Of a stretch of DNA of 64,000 bases, positions 63,859 to 64,000 are shown in pieces. Origin of the DNA: Myxococcota bacterium (lineage in GTDB: Bacteria > Myxococcota_A > UBA9160 > UBA4427); assembly GCA_965250285.1 (NCBI GenBank), contig OZ252299.1:416001-480000 (forward strand), in the 5' to 3' direction. A program made the position numbers and the translations under genes. Each line of letters opens with the position of its first letter. Position 1 is the stretch's first letter. The notes beneath the pieces are model-generated. The model did no database searches, was not told the DNA's origin, and was given only the letters and a program-made list of their open reading frames with translations.

Positions 63859-63954
63859 GTCGCGACTCGGGCGCAGCGCGTCGTGGGTCAACCCGTCGCG
63901 ACGCGAGCGCAGCGCGTCGGTGGTTGAACCCCCTGCGACTCGGGCTCAGCGCGT
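63859..63954. repeat. Three degenerate tandem repeats (period 36-37 nt), core GCGAC(T/G)CG(G/A)GC(G/T)CAGCGCGT
   Basis: Cores start at 63862, 63898 and 63935, downstream of the 63824 stop. Confidence 0.65.
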
Positions 63955-64000
63955 GGGGGCCCGATTCGCCGACGCCCGTCGCCGAGCGGTGAGTGCTCGA

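Noticed and set aside
63859..63954. CRISPR array
   Set aside because: Repeats are degenerate, linkers are only about 13-17 nt and similar to each other, and there are no cas genes

Overview
High-GC bacterial DNA with about 38 credible genes. Myxococcus-type Cys-rich repeats, a PEP-CTERM motif and sigma54 promoters suggest a Myxococcota/deltaproteobacterial-like Gram-negative organism (inference, not tested). 1-15.4 kb: GlxA/DJ-1 pair, MFS, an orphan FecCD-like permease, a Tat-exported DUF3500-like protein and lipid/xenobiotic catabolism genes (SCP2-type thiolase, acyl-CoA ligase, P450, TetR, ABC1 kinase, MAPEG, PaaI pair, PhyH). 15.4-18.9 kb: DUF2849-cysI-DUF934-cysK. 19.3-25.3 kb: a sigma54 activator between two look-alike sigma54 promoters that drive an acyltransferase and a VIT/vWA protein plus rhombosortase. 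25.6-32.5 kb: an Mtr-like electron conduit, with an MtrC-like protein in an unusual 1+5+4 heme layout, MtrA-like and MtrB-like genes, and a convergent NapC/CymA-like gene plus an apparent MtrA/NapC chimeric cytochrome. 35.3-56.5 kb: a secretion locus with a TpsB transporter, a TpsA-TPR-CHAT protease fusion and a 4717-aa FG-GAP/Cys-rich protein. That protein has an internal PEP-CTERM followed directly by a second signal peptide, plus a C-terminal dockerin-like domain, and is the strongest candidate for a new system (a self-anchoring polyprotein). 56.6-64 kb: metH with a candidate SahR-like operator, and a membrane spermidine-synthase-like fusion. No rRNA, tRNA, CRISPR or mobile element was recognised. 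All calls come from reading motifs by eye; no database searches were run.
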